Positions 8,960 to 19,087 are shown, counted from the first letter of the stretch. The stretch is 64,000 bases of DNA from Vulcanimicrobiota bacterium (GCA_963695225.1 OY968762.1:1888001-1952000), one strand, 5' to 3'. Numbers and translations: made by a program. The notes: a model not told the origin generated them from the letters alone.

Positions 8960-10056
8960 CGACGCTGAACGCCGCGGCGCCGTGCCGCCTCGGCAGCCAC
9001 CGCGTGCTCGAACCAGCCGGCGCCCTCCCGCAGACCGCCTGGCGCATCGACAACACGCCGGTCGCCTTCGACAACGAGATGCTCTGCGAGGTCGACGTTC
9101 TCAACATCGATTCGGCTTCGTTCCGGCAAATCGCCGAGGCGGAAGCCGGCGACGAGGAGCGCGTCGCCGCCCACATCCGGCGCACCGTCGCCGAGCGCGG
9201 GAAACAGCACAACCCCGCGACGGGAAGCGGCGGAATGTTCATCGGGCGCGTCCTCGAGATCGGCCCGCGCCATCCGGCCTTCGGCTCGTTGCACCCGGGA
9301 GATCGCATCGCGTCGCTCGTCTCGTTGAGCCTGACGCCGCTCGAGCTGGCTGCCGTCCGGCGCGTCGACCTCGAAACCGGCCGCGTTTGGGTGACCGGGA
9401 AAGCCATCCTCTTCGAGAGTGCGCTCTTCGTCAAACTCCCCGCCGACATCGCTGAAACGGTGGCCCTCGCCGTCCTCGACGTGGCCGGCGCCCCCGCGCA
9501 GACCGACCGGCTCGCCGTTCCGGGAGCGAGCGTCGTCGTGATCGGCGCGGACGGGAAATCGGGGATCCTCTCCTGCGCGCGCGCGAAGGCCCGCGTCGGC
9601 CCCGAAGGTCGCGTGATCGGCGTCGCTCCCTCGCGGGACACGGACGGAGCCCGCTTGCTGCTGAGCGGCGGATTCGTCAACGCGTTCGTCGCCGCCGACG
9701 CGCGCGATGCGCTCGCCGTCTCGCGCGCGGTCGCGGACGTTCTGCCGGGGCTCGCGGACCTCACGCTCAACTGCGTCAACGTGCCGGGGACCGAACTCTC
9801 GTCGATCCTGTGCACGAAGGACCTCGGGACGGTGTATTTCTTTTCGATGAACACGTCGTTCACGGCCGCGGCGCTCGGCGCGGAGGGCGTCGGGAAAGAC
9901 GTCACGATGATCATCGGCAACGGCTACGCCGCCGGACACGCCGAGATCGCGCTGCAGACGCTGCGCGAGCATCCGCCCCTGCTTGCGTACTTCAACGAGC
10001 GGTACTCGCCGCACGACGCCGGGGCCGCGGCGCTTCGGGCGATCCGGAGAGCGTAG
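8956..10056 (+). CDS. kdd: L-erythro-3,5-diaminohexanoate dehydrogenase
   Basis: GSHRVLEPAGALPQ, LNIDSASF, HNPATGSGGM, SLVSLSLTPL, LDVAGAPAQ, FFSMNTSFTAAALGAEG. Confidence 0.9.
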   Translation: MTTLNAAAPCRLGSHRVLEPAGALPQTAWRIDNTPVAFDNEMLCEVDVLNIDSASFRQIAEAEAGDEERVAAHIRRTVAERGKQHNPATGSGGMFIGRVLEIGPRHPAFGSLHPGDRIASLVSLSLTPLELAAVRRVDLETGRVWVTGKAILFESALFVKLPADIAETVALAVLDVAGAPAQTDRLAVPGASVVVIGADGKSGILSCARAKARVGPEGRVIGVAPSRDTDGARLLLSGGFVNAFVAADARDALAVSRAVADVLPGLADLTLNCVNVPGTELSSILCTKDLGTVYFFSMNTSFTAAALGAEGVGKDVTMIIGNGYAAGHAEIALQTLREHPPLLAYFNERYSPHDAGAAALRAIRRA

Positions 10057-11460
10057 GTGGAGGCGATCGACAAGCATTCGGGGACCGCCGGGTCTCCCTC
10101 GCGCCGCATCAAGCCGCCGGCGGACGCCGCCGCCTTCGAGCACCGCAACCTGCGCGCCGGCGAGTTCTGGCGCGAGATCCCCGCCTATGCCGAAATCGAC
10201 GAACCGACGTTCCTCGATCATCTCTGGCAAGCGCGCAACTCCGTAAAGACCGCCGACGAACTCTTCGCAACGATCCAGGACTTGGCCGAGCCTTCGTTCA
10301 TCGCCGACGCGCGCGAGGGCTTCCGGCGCGCCCCGATGTCGGTCCGCGTCTCGCCGTACGCGATCGCCTCGATCGATTGGAACGCGCCCTACTCCGACCC
10401 GATCCGCACGCAATTCATCCCCGTCGCCTCGAAGCTCTTGCGGGACCATCCCCGCCTCACGCTCGATTCGCTGCACGAACTCGACGATTCGCCCGTCCCC
10501 GGGCTCACGCACCGCTACGTCGACAAAGCGCTGTTCCTGCCCGTGAACACCTGCCCCGTCTACTGCCGTTTCTGCACGCGCTCGTATGCGATCGGCCTCG
10601 ATACGCAGAACGTCGACAAGGTTCCGCTCGCGCAGACGCCCCGCGATTGGCAGGCGGCGTTCGAGTACATCGCCTCGCGACCGGAGCTCGAGGACATCGT
10701 GATCTCCGGCGGCGACGCCTACCAGCTCGCGCCGAGGAATCTGCGGCTCATCGGGGACGCGCTGCTCGACATCCCGCACGTTCGCCGGATGCGTTTCGCG
10801 ACCAAAGGCCCGGCCGTCATGCCGATGAAGATCTTGACCGATCGCGATTGGCTCGACGCGCTGACGCACGTCGTCGAACGCGGCCGCAAACTCGGCAAGG
10901 ACGTCGCGTTGCACACGCACTTCAATTCGCCGAACGAGATTTCGTGGATAACGGAAAAGGCCGCGCGCGTTCTTTTCGAACGGGGCATCTTCACCCGCAA
11001 TCAGACCGTGCTGATCCGCGGCGTCAACGACGATCCGATCACGATGCAACTGCTCGTCAAGCGGCTCTCGTACTTGAACGTCCACCCGTATTACGTCTAC
11101 ATGCACGACATGGTCAAGGGCGTCGAGGATCTGCGAACGACCGTGCAGACGGCGATCGAGATCGAGAAGTACGTGCGCGGCTCGACGGCCGGGTACAACA
11201 CGCCGCTCTTCATCTGCGACGCGCCCGGCGGCGGGGGAAAACGCGACGTCCACAGCTTCGACTACTACGACCGCGAGAACGGGATCGCCGTCTACACCGC
11301 GCCAAGCGTGAAGCCCGGCCGCGAGTTCATCTACTTCGATCCCATCGACCGGCTCTCGCGCGCGGCGCAAGCCCGCTGGAGCGATCCGCGCGCGCAAGAA
11401 GAGATGATCAGGGAAGCGATCCGACGCGCCGGCGTACAGGCCGTCTACGTACCTGCATAG
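10057..11460 (+). CDS. kamA: KamA family radical SAM enzyme (lysine 2,3-aminomutase-like)
   Basis: [26 protein letters not shown]-lysine motif DAPGGGGK; adjacent to kdd. Confidence 0.85.
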   Translation: MEAIDKHSGTAGSPSRRIKPPADAAAFEHRNLRAGEFWREIPAYAEIDEPTFLDHLWQARNSVKTADELFATIQDLAEPSFIADAREGFRRAPMSVRVSPYAIASIDWNAPYSDPIRTQFIPVASKLLRDHPRLTLDSLHELDDSPVPGLTHRYVDKALFLPVNTCPVYCRFCTRSYAIGLDTQNVDKVPLAQTPRDWQAAFEYIASRPELEDIVISGGDAYQLAPRNLRLIGDALLDIPHVRRMRFATKGPAVMPMKILTDRDWLDALTHVVERGRKLGKDVALHTHFNSPNEISWITEKAARVLFERGIFTRNQTVLIRGVNDDPITMQLLVKRLSYLNVHPYYVYMHDMVKGVEDLRTTVQTAIEIEKYVRGSTAGYNTPLFICDAPGGGGKRDVHSFDYYDRENGIAVYTAPSVKPGREFIYFDPIDRLSRAAQARWSDPRAQEEMIREAIRRAGVQAVYVPA

Positions 11461-11689
11461 CCGTTCGGTAGACGCTCGCGCCGCGTCAACCTCGCGCAAT
11501 GCGGACGGAGAGACCGCCGAGCACATAGATGCTTTCGGACGCGCTCGACGCTCGCTCTGCTTATCGTTATCAGCCTCGCGCGGGCATCGCACGCACGCCT
11601 CGGGCGGAAAGCGTCGTGCGGACGCGAAGTCTTGCGTCCCTCGCGCAGTGCGCGGGTCATTCTCACTCTCGTTCGATTGGGAGCTGTCC

Positions 11690-12289
11690 ATGAGCGGTAA
11701 GAAGATTCTCATGCTCGTCGGAGACTACGTCGAAGATTACGAAGTCATGGTCCCGTTCCAAGCGCTCCTTGCCGTCGGCCACACGGTGCACGCCGTCTGC
11801 CCGAACAAGAAGGCCGGGCAGAGCATCCGCACGGCGGTCCACGATTTCGAAGGCGATCAAACCTACAGCGAAAAACCCGGGCACAACTTCGCGCTCAACG
11901 CCACGTTCGACGAGATCGATCCGGCGGCGTACGACGCGCTCGTCGTCCCCGGCGGCCGCGCGCCGGAGTACATCCGGCTCAACGCGCGCGTCCTCGAGAT
12001 CACGCGCCATTTCTTCGCAGCGCAGAAGCCGGTCGCCGCGATCTGCCACGGCCTGCAAGTGCTCGCCGCGGCGGGCGTCCTCGAAGGGCGCAGTTGCACG
12101 GCCTACCCGGCTTGCGGCCCCGACGTGAGCCGCGCGGGCGGAACGTACCACGAGATCCCCGTCGACGCGGCGATGGTCGACGGCAACCTCGTCACCGCGC
12201 CCGCCTGGCCCGCCCATCCGCAGTTTCTTGCGAAGTTCCTGGACGTGCTCGGAACGCGCATCGAGCACGCGACGCCCGTCGGCGTCTAA
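11690..12289 (+). CDS. DJ-1/PfpI family protein
   Basis: [21 protein letters not shown] nucleophile elbow. Confidence 0.93.
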   Translation: MSGKKILMLVGDYVEDYEVMVPFQALLAVGHTVHAVCPNKKAGQSIRTAVHDFEGDQTYSEKPGHNFALNATFDEIDPAAYDALVVPGGRAPEYIRLNARVLEITRHFFAAQKPVAAICHGLQVLAAAGVLEGRSCTAYPACGPDVSRAGGTYHEIPVDAAMVDGNLVTAPAWPAHPQFLAKFLDVLGTRIEHATPVGV

Positions 12290-12420
12290 ACCCTGACCGG
12301 CAGCGCTTGCCGGCGTAGAATGGGCCCTGCCGCCGGCGTGCGACAGGGCTTCGTTCTGCCCGGCTCGCGTTTCGCGCACGCGAACGAGGGCGAACCATCG
12401 CGCGCGCGAAAGCGCGACGC

Positions 12421-13044
12421 ATGGCCGTCCCAGGTTTCTTTCGCAACGAGATCCGCCGCGCCGACCTTGCTTGGAACGACTGGCCCGCCGTCGAGGCGTT
12501 CTTGCGCGACCAGGCGGTCTGCCGCGTCGCCGCCTTCGACGAGACGCACCCGTACCTCGTCCCGCAATCGTATCGATTCGACGGCGAAGCGTTCCTGATC
12601 CACTTCTCGCGCAACGGCCGCCTCGCGAGGCTCGTCGCCGCGAATCCGAACGTGACGATCGAAGTCGACCAAGCAATTAGCCTGATCAAAGCGCCGAACG
12701 CGATGAATACGAGCCTCGAATACCGGAGCGTCGTCGCGCGCTGCACCGCGCACGCCACCGTGCTCGATCTCGAAGTCGAAGCGCAGCAGTATCGCGCGCT
12801 CGAGAAGTACCGGCCGGAGCACGATTACGAGCCGATCGATCGCGCGCGCGGAACGCAGCGCATCGTCGCAGTGCGCGCCGTCGTCGTCGAGCTCTCGGCA
12901 AAAAAGCGCATCCTAGCCGAGGGGCAACACTCCGTCGTCGGCTACGATCCCGGCTACGTGCGCTACCCGTTCCCGCCTCCCGCCGCGCTCTCGTCGCTCC
13001 CCCCGGAAGCCTTCGCTCCGCGGCCGTTCCCAAAGCCCGCCTAA
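12421..13044 (+). CDS. Pyridoxamine 5'-phosphate oxidase-like flavin-binding protein
   Basis: RRADL...CRVA, PYLVP, IHFSRNGR, YRSVVARC split-barrel pattern. Confidence 0.75.
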   Translation: MAVPGFFRNEIRRADLAWNDWPAVEAFLRDQAVCRVAAFDETHPYLVPQSYRFDGEAFLIHFSRNGRLARLVAANPNVTIEVDQAISLIKAPNAMNTSLEYRSVVARCTAHATVLDLEVEAQQYRALEKYRPEHDYEPIDRARGTQRIVAVRAVVVELSAKKRILAEGQHSVVGYDPGYVRYPFPPPAALSSLPPEAFAPRPFPKPA

Positions 13045-13080
13045 GGTCTTCCCGAGGGCGAGCGGGAGCCCGCAGCGAGT

Positions 13081-16000
13081 CTAGACCGACTCGGTCAAGG
13101 CTTCCGTGAGGATGCGCTCTTGTTCGACGACGTGCGCGCCTGGGTACCCCTCGCTCGGGCTCGCGCGATACGGGCGCCCGATGTATTCGAGATCGCGGAA
13201 GCGGCCGGGGAGTTCCTCGACGAGACGCCGGCGGACGTGCGCGCGAGCCCCCATGTTCTTGGGCTCCTCTTGCACCCAGATCACGCGCTCCGCGTTCGGA
13301 TAGCTCGCGATCAGATCGAGCACGTGTTGCCTTGGGAACGGGGAGAGGAGCTCGACGCGCAGGATCGCCGTCGTCTCGAGCGCTTCGAAGCGCTCGGCGA
13401 TCGCCTTGTCTTCACTCGCGGTGAGATCGTGATAGATCTTCCCGCTGCACAGGAGCAGCCGGCGGATATCTTCCTTGCGCCCTTGTGCGCGCGGATCGTC
13501 GATCACTTCGCGGAACGGGAGATCGACGAGATCTTCGAGCTTGCCGTAGGCGGAGCGCTTGCGCAACAGGCTCTTCGGCGTCAAGACGACGAGCGGGAAC
13601 GCTTGGTGCAGGTGCGCCTGCGCCCGCAAGAGGTGAAAGTACTGCGAGGCCGTCGAGCAGTTCGCGATGCGGATGTTCCCTTCGGCCGAAAGCTGCAGGA
13701 AGCGTTCGATGCGCGCGCTCGAGTGCTCCGGCCCCGCACCCTCGTAGCCGTGCGGCAGGAGCATCGTCAGGCGCGAAGTCTGGCCCCACTTCGCCATCCC
13801 GGCCGCGATGAATTGATCGATGATGATCTGCGCGCCGTTGTTGAAATCGCCGAACTGCGCCTCCCACAGCACGAGCGCCTCCGGGAGCACGGCCGAGTAG
13901 CCGTATTCGAAGCCGAGGCACGCGTATTCGGAGAGCGGCGAGTTGTGCAACTCGAACGCGGCCTTCGCGCCGGGCAGATGCTGCAGCGGGACGTACTTGA
14001 CGCCGGTCTTCGCATCGTGGAGCGCTGCGTGGCGATGGCTGAACGTGCCGCGCTCCGTGTCTTGCCCGGTGAGACGCACGGGCGTCCCCTCGACGAGCAG
14101 CGACGCGAAGGCGAGGCCTTCGGCGAGGCCCCAATCGATCTCGCCCTCGGAGCGCAGCGCGTTGCTGCGGCGTTCGAATTGCCCGGCGAGTTTCTTGTTG
14201 ATCTGAAAACCGCGCGGCACCGCGACGAGCGCATCGGCCCAAGCGAGGAGCCGCTCGCGGTCGACGCCGGTTCTCGGAACCGGCTCGCTCTTCGCGCTGA
14301 GCGTGACCTGGTCGATCCAGCGGCGGACCGCCCCGGACTTGACGTTGCGATGCGCTTCCGTGATGCGGCCGGTCGCAGCCTCCTGCATCTCGGTGACCTG
14401 CTCTTGCGACAACGTCCCCTGCGCGACAAGTTTCGCGGCGAACAGCTCGCGCACGGTCGGATGCGCTTTGATCGCCTCGACCATCGAGGGCTGCGTGTAC
14501 GCGGGCTCGTCTTGTTCGTTGTGCCCGAAGCGACGGTAGCCGATGAGATCGATCACGACGTCGCGCTCGAAGCGCTCGCGAAAATCGAAGGCGAGGTGAA
14601 CGGCGGCGATCGAGGCATCGACGTCGTCGGCGTTGACGTGGATGATCGGGGCGTCGAAGCCCTTCGCGAGGTCGCTCGCATAACGCGTCGAGCGGCCCTC
14701 GACCGGATCGGTCGTGAAGCCGACTTGGTTGTCCGCGATGATGTGGACGGTGCCGCCGGTAGCGTATCCCGCGAGCGCCTGCAGGTTGAAGACTTCCGCG
14801 ATGACGCCTTGCGCCGCAAAGGCTGCGTCGCCGTGGATGAGGATCGGCGCGGCGACTCGCGAGTCCACGCGGACGGGGCTCTCCGAATGATCGCTCTGCA
14901 GGCAGCGCGTGATGCCTTCGACGACGCCGCCGACCGCCTCCAGGTGGCTCGGGTTGTTCGCGAGCTTGACGGCGATCGCGCGCCCGTCCGGCGTCAGGTA
15001 GATGCCGTCCGAGCCGTGATGGTACTTGACGTCGCCGGTGACGTCCGCGGCGCCGGAATCGTCGACCGGCCGGCGGAGCGCCCCCGCTTCAAACTCGGCG
15101 AGCAACTCCTCGTAGGGGCGGTTGACGACGTGGGCGATCGTCGAGAGCCGGCCGCGGTGCGCCATCCCGATGACGGCCGTGCGCGTCCCCTGCTCGGCGA
15201 AGAGCGAGATCAGCTCCTCGAGCATCGGCACCATCACGTCGAGGCCTTCGATCGAGAACGTCTTCTGCGACATGAACTGCTTGCGGAAGTAGCGCTCCAT
15301 CGTCTCGACCTTCGTGAGCCGGCCGAGGACCTGGATCTCGCGCGCCGCGGTCAGCGGCTCGCGATGCCGTCCGCTCTCGATGTAATCGTGGAGCCACTGG
15401 CGCTGTTCGGTGCTCGAGATGTGCTGGATCTCGTAGGCGATCGTCGAGGCGTACGTCGCGCGCAGGTGCGGAAGGACGTCGGCGAGCGTCGAACCGGGCA
15501 CGCGCACGCGCAGCACGTCGGCGGGGACCGCTTCCTGCAGCGCCGGCGTGAGCCCGTACGTCGACACTTCGAGCGAGGGGTCGCCCGAGGGCTTCGAACC
15601 GAGCGGATCGAGCATCGCGGCGAGGTGACCGTGCCGCCGGAACGCGCTGACCATCGCCATCCCGGCCGCGATCGCGCGAAGCAATTCCGTCGAGACTGTC
15701 CCGGCGACTTCGCCGCTCGCGAACGCGTCCTCGCGCGAGCGTGCCGCCTTTCTCTCGAGCGGGGGGACGACGACTCCGAAGCTCGCGAAAACGGCATCGT
15801 AGAACTGCGCGTCGCCGCCGAGCAATTGCTCGACGCGCCGCAAGTACTCCCCCGATTGCGCTCCCTGGATCACGCGATGATCGTAGGTGCTCGTCAGCGT
15901 CATCACTTTCTCGACGCCGAGATCCTTGAGCGCGGCTTCATTCGCGTGCGTGAAACCAGGCGGATAGCCGATCGCGCCCGCGGCGATGATCGCGCCTTGC

Positions 16001-17067
16001 CCCGCCATCAGGCGGGGGACGGAGGCGACCGTCCCGATGCCGCCGGGATTCGTCAACGTGAACGTCGCGCCCGAGAGTTCGTCGGCGACGAGCTTGCCGT
16101 CGCGGGCTTTCACGACGAGGTCTTCGTAGGCGGCGCGGAACTGCATGAAGTCGAGCGCGTCGGCGCGCTTGATCACGGGGACCACGAGGAATCGCGTGCC
16201 GTCCTTGCGCTGCGCGTCGACCGCGAGCCCGAGGTTGATCCCGCTTTCGACGCGGTTCGGGGTCCCGTTCTCGCGCCTGAACGAGGCGGCGATGCCGGGG
16301 AGTTCGCGCGCGGCCCGGACGAGCGCGTACGCGATCAGATGCGTGAACGAAACCTTCTCGCTCCGGCCGACCGCTTTGAGCGCCGCATTCAGCTGAGCCC
16401 GGCGGGCGTCCAGCATCCCTACGCCGAGCGTGCGGAAGCTCGTCGCCGTCGGGATCGTCAGGCTCTGCTCCATGTACGAAGCGAGCGTCGCGGTCGGCCC
16501 CTTGAGCGGGGTGACGGTCGCCTCGGCGGGGAGCGGAGGGAGCGGCAAGGCCACGCCGCCGCCTGCGCCGTTGGTGCGCTTCGCGTTCGGCGACGCCGCC
16601 GCCGCGAGCACGTCGGCGACGACGATCAAGCCGCCGGGGCCGCTCCCGCGAATCGCGCGGAGATCGAGATGCTCGCGCTCGGCGAAGCGACGTGCGCGGT
16701 GCGAAGCGAGCCCGGGGCCGCCGTTCGCCGGAGGCACTGCGGGAAAGGCGGTTTTCGAAGGCGGGGGAGGCACGCTGACGGCGGCCTTGACCGGCTCCGC
16801 GGGAGCTTCCGGCTTCGCAGCGCCGGCATCGATCTCGACGAGCGGCGCGCCGACCGCGACCGTCTGGCCTTCTTCGGCGAACAGCGCGGTGACCAGGCCG
16901 GAGGCCGGGGCGGGGACTTCGACGTCGACCTTATCGGTCGTGACGTCGACGAGCGTCTCGCCCTCTTCGATCCATTGGCCGGTCTTGACGCGCCACTCGA
17001 CGATCGAGCCTTCCGAGACGGACTCACCCATTTCGGGGAGCGTCACCTTGATCGTCGTCTCAGGCAC
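13081..17067 (-). CDS. Multifunctional 2-oxoglutarate dehydrogenase: lipoyl domain + PSBD + E2 succinyltransferase + E1 fusion (Kgd/OdhA-like)
   Basis: TTDKVDVEVP (lipoyl), IRGSGPGGLIVVADV (PSBD), YDHRVIQGA (E2), GMAHRGRL, HGDAAF, WEAQFGDF, LPHGYEGAGPEHSS (E1o). Confidence 0.93.
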   Translation of the reverse strand: MPETTIKVTLPEMGESVSEGSIVEWRVKTGQWIEEGETLVDVTTDKVDVEVPAPASGLVTALFAEEGQTVAVGAPLVEIDAGAAKPEAPAEPVKAAVSVPPPPSKTAFPAVPPANGGPGLASHRARRFAEREHLDLRAIRGSGPGGLIVVADVLAAAASPNAKRTNGAGGGVALPLPPLPAEATVTPLKGPTATLASYMEQSLTIPTATSFRTLGVGMLDARRAQLNAALKAVGRSEKVSFTHLIAYALVRAARELPGIAASFRRENGTPNRVESGINLGLAVDAQRKDGTRFLVVPVIKRADALDFMQFRAAYEDLVVKARDGKLVADELSGATFTLTNPGGIGTVASVPRLMAGQGAIIAAGAIGYPPGFTHANEAALKDLGVEKVMTLTSTYDHRVIQGAQSGEYLRRVEQLLGGDAQFYDAVFASFGVVVPPLERKAARSREDAFASGEVAGTVSTELLRAIAAGMAMVSAFRRHGHLAAMLDPLGSKPSGDPSLEVSTYGLTPALQEAVPADVLRVRVPGSTLADVLPHLRATYASTIAYEIQHISSTEQRQWLHDYIESGRHREPLTAAREIQVLGRLTKVETMERYFRKQFMSQKTFSIEGLDVMVPMLEELISLFAEQGTRTAVIGMAHRGRLSTIAHVVNRPYEELLAEFEAGALRRPVDDSGAADVTGDVKYHHGSDGIYLTPDGRAIAVKLANNPSHLEAVGGVVEGITRCLQSDHSESPVRVDSRVAAPILIHGDAAFAAQGVIAEVFNLQALAGYATGGTVHIIADNQVGFTTDPVEGRSTRYASDLAKGFDAPIIHVNADDVDASIAAVHLAFDFRERFERDVVIDLIGYRRFGHNEQDEPAYTQPSMVEAIKAHPTVRELFAAKLVAQGTLSQEQVTEMQEAATGRITEAHRNVKSGAVRRWIDQVTLSAKSEPVPRTGVDRERLLAWADALVAVPRGFQINKKLAGQFERRSNALRSEGEIDWGLAEGLAFASLLVEGTPVRLTGQDTERGTFSHRHAALHDAKTGVKYVPLQHLPGAKAAFELHNSPLSEYACLGFEYGYSAVLPEALVLWEAQFGDFNNGAQIIIDQFIAAGMAKWGQTSRLTMLLPHGYEGAGPEHSSARIERFLQLSAEGNIRIANCSTASQYFHLLRAQAHLHQAFPLVVLTPKSLLRKRSAYGKLEDLVDLPFREVIDDPRAQGRKEDIRRLLLCSGKIYHDLTASEDKAIAERFEALETTAILRVELLSPFPRQHVLDLIASYPNAERVIWVQEEPKNMGARAHVRRRLVEELPGRFRDLEYIGRPYRASPSEGYPGAHVVEQERILTEALTESV

Positions 17068-17195
17068 TAAGCCTCTCCCGAAAAAGCATAGCTTATCATC
17101 TTAATTCCACGCGCCTCGCCCGCCTGCCCAACGCACGTCTTCCGTCTTGCTCGATCGACCGTGCACCCCCGCATTCCGCGGCGCTCCACCTTCAC

Positions 17196-17212
17196 TCGTA
17201 GTGCGGCTACGA
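17196..17212. promoter_or_regulatory. Palindromic operator 1 (TCGTAG-N5-CTACGA)
   Basis: tcgtagtgcggctacga; 16/17 identical to operator 2. Confidence 0.7.
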
Positions 17213-17231
17213 TTATTGCAAACAATCCAAA

Positions 17232-17260
17232 TGGACGCCATTTGAAATATTACGTATAAT
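17232..17260 (+). promoter_or_regulatory. Sigma70-type promoter of abiEi (likely leaderless transcript)
   Basis: TGGACG-N17-TATAAT ending 6 nt before GTG 17267; no SD. Confidence 0.65.
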
Positions 17261-17276
17261 CGTAGTGTGGCTACGA
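17260..17276. promoter_or_regulatory. Palindromic operator 2 overlapping the abiEi start
   Basis: tcgtagtgtggctacga. Confidence 0.7.
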
Positions 17277-18004
17277 CTAACCCGGGCAAACTAAATAGGC
17301 TCTACACCCGGCTCCCGGCCGGAACCCCTCTGACTTCGAAGGACTTGGCCGACCTCGGCATATCTGCGGACTTGGCTGTCCACTACGCACGTTCGGGCTG
17401 GCTGAATCGCCTCGCGCGTGGGGTTTACTGCCGCCCCGGCGACACCCTGGCGCTCTATCCTAGCCTGGCTTTGCTACAGCGGAAAATAGACGGGCTACAC
17501 GTCGGCGGCAAGTCAGCACTAGAATGGTATGGCGTGCGTCACTACGTTTCGCGGCAGAGCCTCTTGCACTTGTACGGCTGGGCGGCAGCCCGTTTACCGG
17601 ATTGGTTCGGCCGGCAATTCCACAGCGAGTACCACCGGAGGCGGCTGTTCGATGAACAGCCGCGCGAACCGCTAAACGTCGGGCGCTTCGAAAGCCAAGA
17701 AGGCGCGCCGCTGGTTTCGGAACCCGAACGCGCCATACTGGAACTTCTCAGCGAAGTCGGCGTTCGGCAACCCTTGCAGGAAGCTCGCGAAATCATGGAG
17801 GGCACGTACACCGTGCGCGCCGACGTGCTCAACCGACTGTTGATGCACTGCACGAGCATAAAGACCGTGCGCCTATGTCTGCAACTCGGACGTGAACTAA
17901 ACCTGAACTGGGTCTCGAAACTCGACGCCAAGAACCTGCCTACCGGCAGCGATCGGCCGTGGGTATCGAAGTCCAAACACGGCTTGCTCGTGCTGAAACC
18001 ATGA
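17267..18004 (+). CDS. abiEi: Type IV toxin-antitoxin AbiEi family antitoxin
   Basis: wHTH with SGWLNRLARGVY, HVGGKSAL, SEPERAILE, CTSIKTVRL; coupled (ATGA) to downstream nucleotidyltransferase. Confidence 0.88.
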   Translation: MATTNPGKLNRLYTRLPAGTPLTSKDLADLGISADLAVHYARSGWLNRLARGVYCRPGDTLALYPSLALLQRKIDGLHVGGKSALEWYGVRHYVSRQSLLHLYGWAAARLPDWFGRQFHSEYHRRRLFDEQPREPLNVGRFESQEGAPLVSEPERAILELLSEVGVRQPLQEAREIMEGTYTVRADVLNRLLMHCTSIKTVRLCLQLGRELNLNWVSKLDAKNLPTGSDRPWVSKSKHGLLVLKP

Positions 18005-18923
18005 ATCAGGTCTATCTAGATACCGCGCGCCTGCTAACACAGGTGGCGCCGCTGGCGTTTGCCGACGGCGTCTTCGCATTGAAGGGCGAAACGGCCATCA
18101 ATCTGTTCTACCGTGACATGCCGCGCCTGTCAGTCGATTTGGATCTCGTCTTCATCGATCATCGCCCTCCTCGCCGCGAAGCTCTCTCGTGCATCAACGC
18201 AGCGATGCGAAAAGCGCGCGGCCGCCTCGAGGCAAGAGGGTTTGCGGTGCACGCCACGGCGGCCGCCGACGTCGGCGAAACAACGCTGCTCGTTCGGCGC
18301 GGCGCCATCGTCGTCAAGATCGAAGTTAACATCGTGATGCGGGGCACCGTCCATCCAGTGCACGTCGCCTCGCTCACGTCTACGGCGAGGGAAGCCCTGC
18401 TTGCCGACCTTGAGCTACCGATCCTATCACTGGAAGATGTATACGGCGGCAACTCGTCGCAGCGATGGACCGGCAGCATCCCCGCGACCTCTTCGACGTA
18501 TCGCAACTCTTCGCGAACGAAGGCATCACACCCGGAATCCGCCGCAGCTTTGTAGTCTATCTCGCCAGCCATGACCGTCCCATCCATGAGGTTCTGTTTC
18601 CCGCAGAAAGAGACATCACTCAGGGCTATGAGCGATCGTTCCGAGGAATGACCGCCGAACCGGTCGAGCTAGCAGAACTGCTATCGACCCGCGAGCGATT
18701 GATCGCAGAGCTTCAAGAATATCTGAGCCCGCCGGAACGACGGTTTCTACTCTCGTTAGCCAACGCCAAACCGGATTGGTCCCTGCTCGAGATAGAGCAT
18801 CTGGAAGAGTTGCCCGCTATTCGCTGGAAGCTTCAGAATCTCGAGCAACTGGCAAGGGTGAATCCGGCCAAGCTGCGCTATCAAGCGGATGAATTGGCGC
18901 GGCGACTCAGATTGCCGCTGTGA
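18001..18923 (+). pseudogene. abiEii: AbiEii/AbiGii nucleotidyltransferase toxin, frameshifted
   Basis: LKGETAINLF...RLSVDLDL in frame 1; DRQHPRDLFD in another frame; one A missing at 18451-18452 (expected YGGKLVAAMDRQHPRD). Confidence 0.85.
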
Positions 18924-19087
18924 TGCGGGCTGCTTCTCCCTCGCCGGCTGCTCCCAAGCGATCGCATCGGGCTCCACCCAGTCCGGCTGCCAATACTCCG
19001 CGTCAAGATGGACGACCGGAAGATTCAGCGCTGCCCAAGGCGCCTACGCGGACGCGCACCGCAGGGCCTCGTGCATGAATGCGCTTC

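Noticed and set aside
11503..11525. GGAGAGACCGCCGA resembling a glycine riboswitch
   Set aside because: Lacks CCGAAG and CUCUCAGG elements and the required stems
17120..17135. tgccca as possible att copy of the tRNA-Leu 3' end
   Set aside because: Only 6 bp match; not distinguishable from chance
18451..18465. Programmed frameshift or genuine two-gene split of abiEii
   Set aside because: No slippery sequence, the break falls in a conserved motif, and a second lesion exists in the GGT motif
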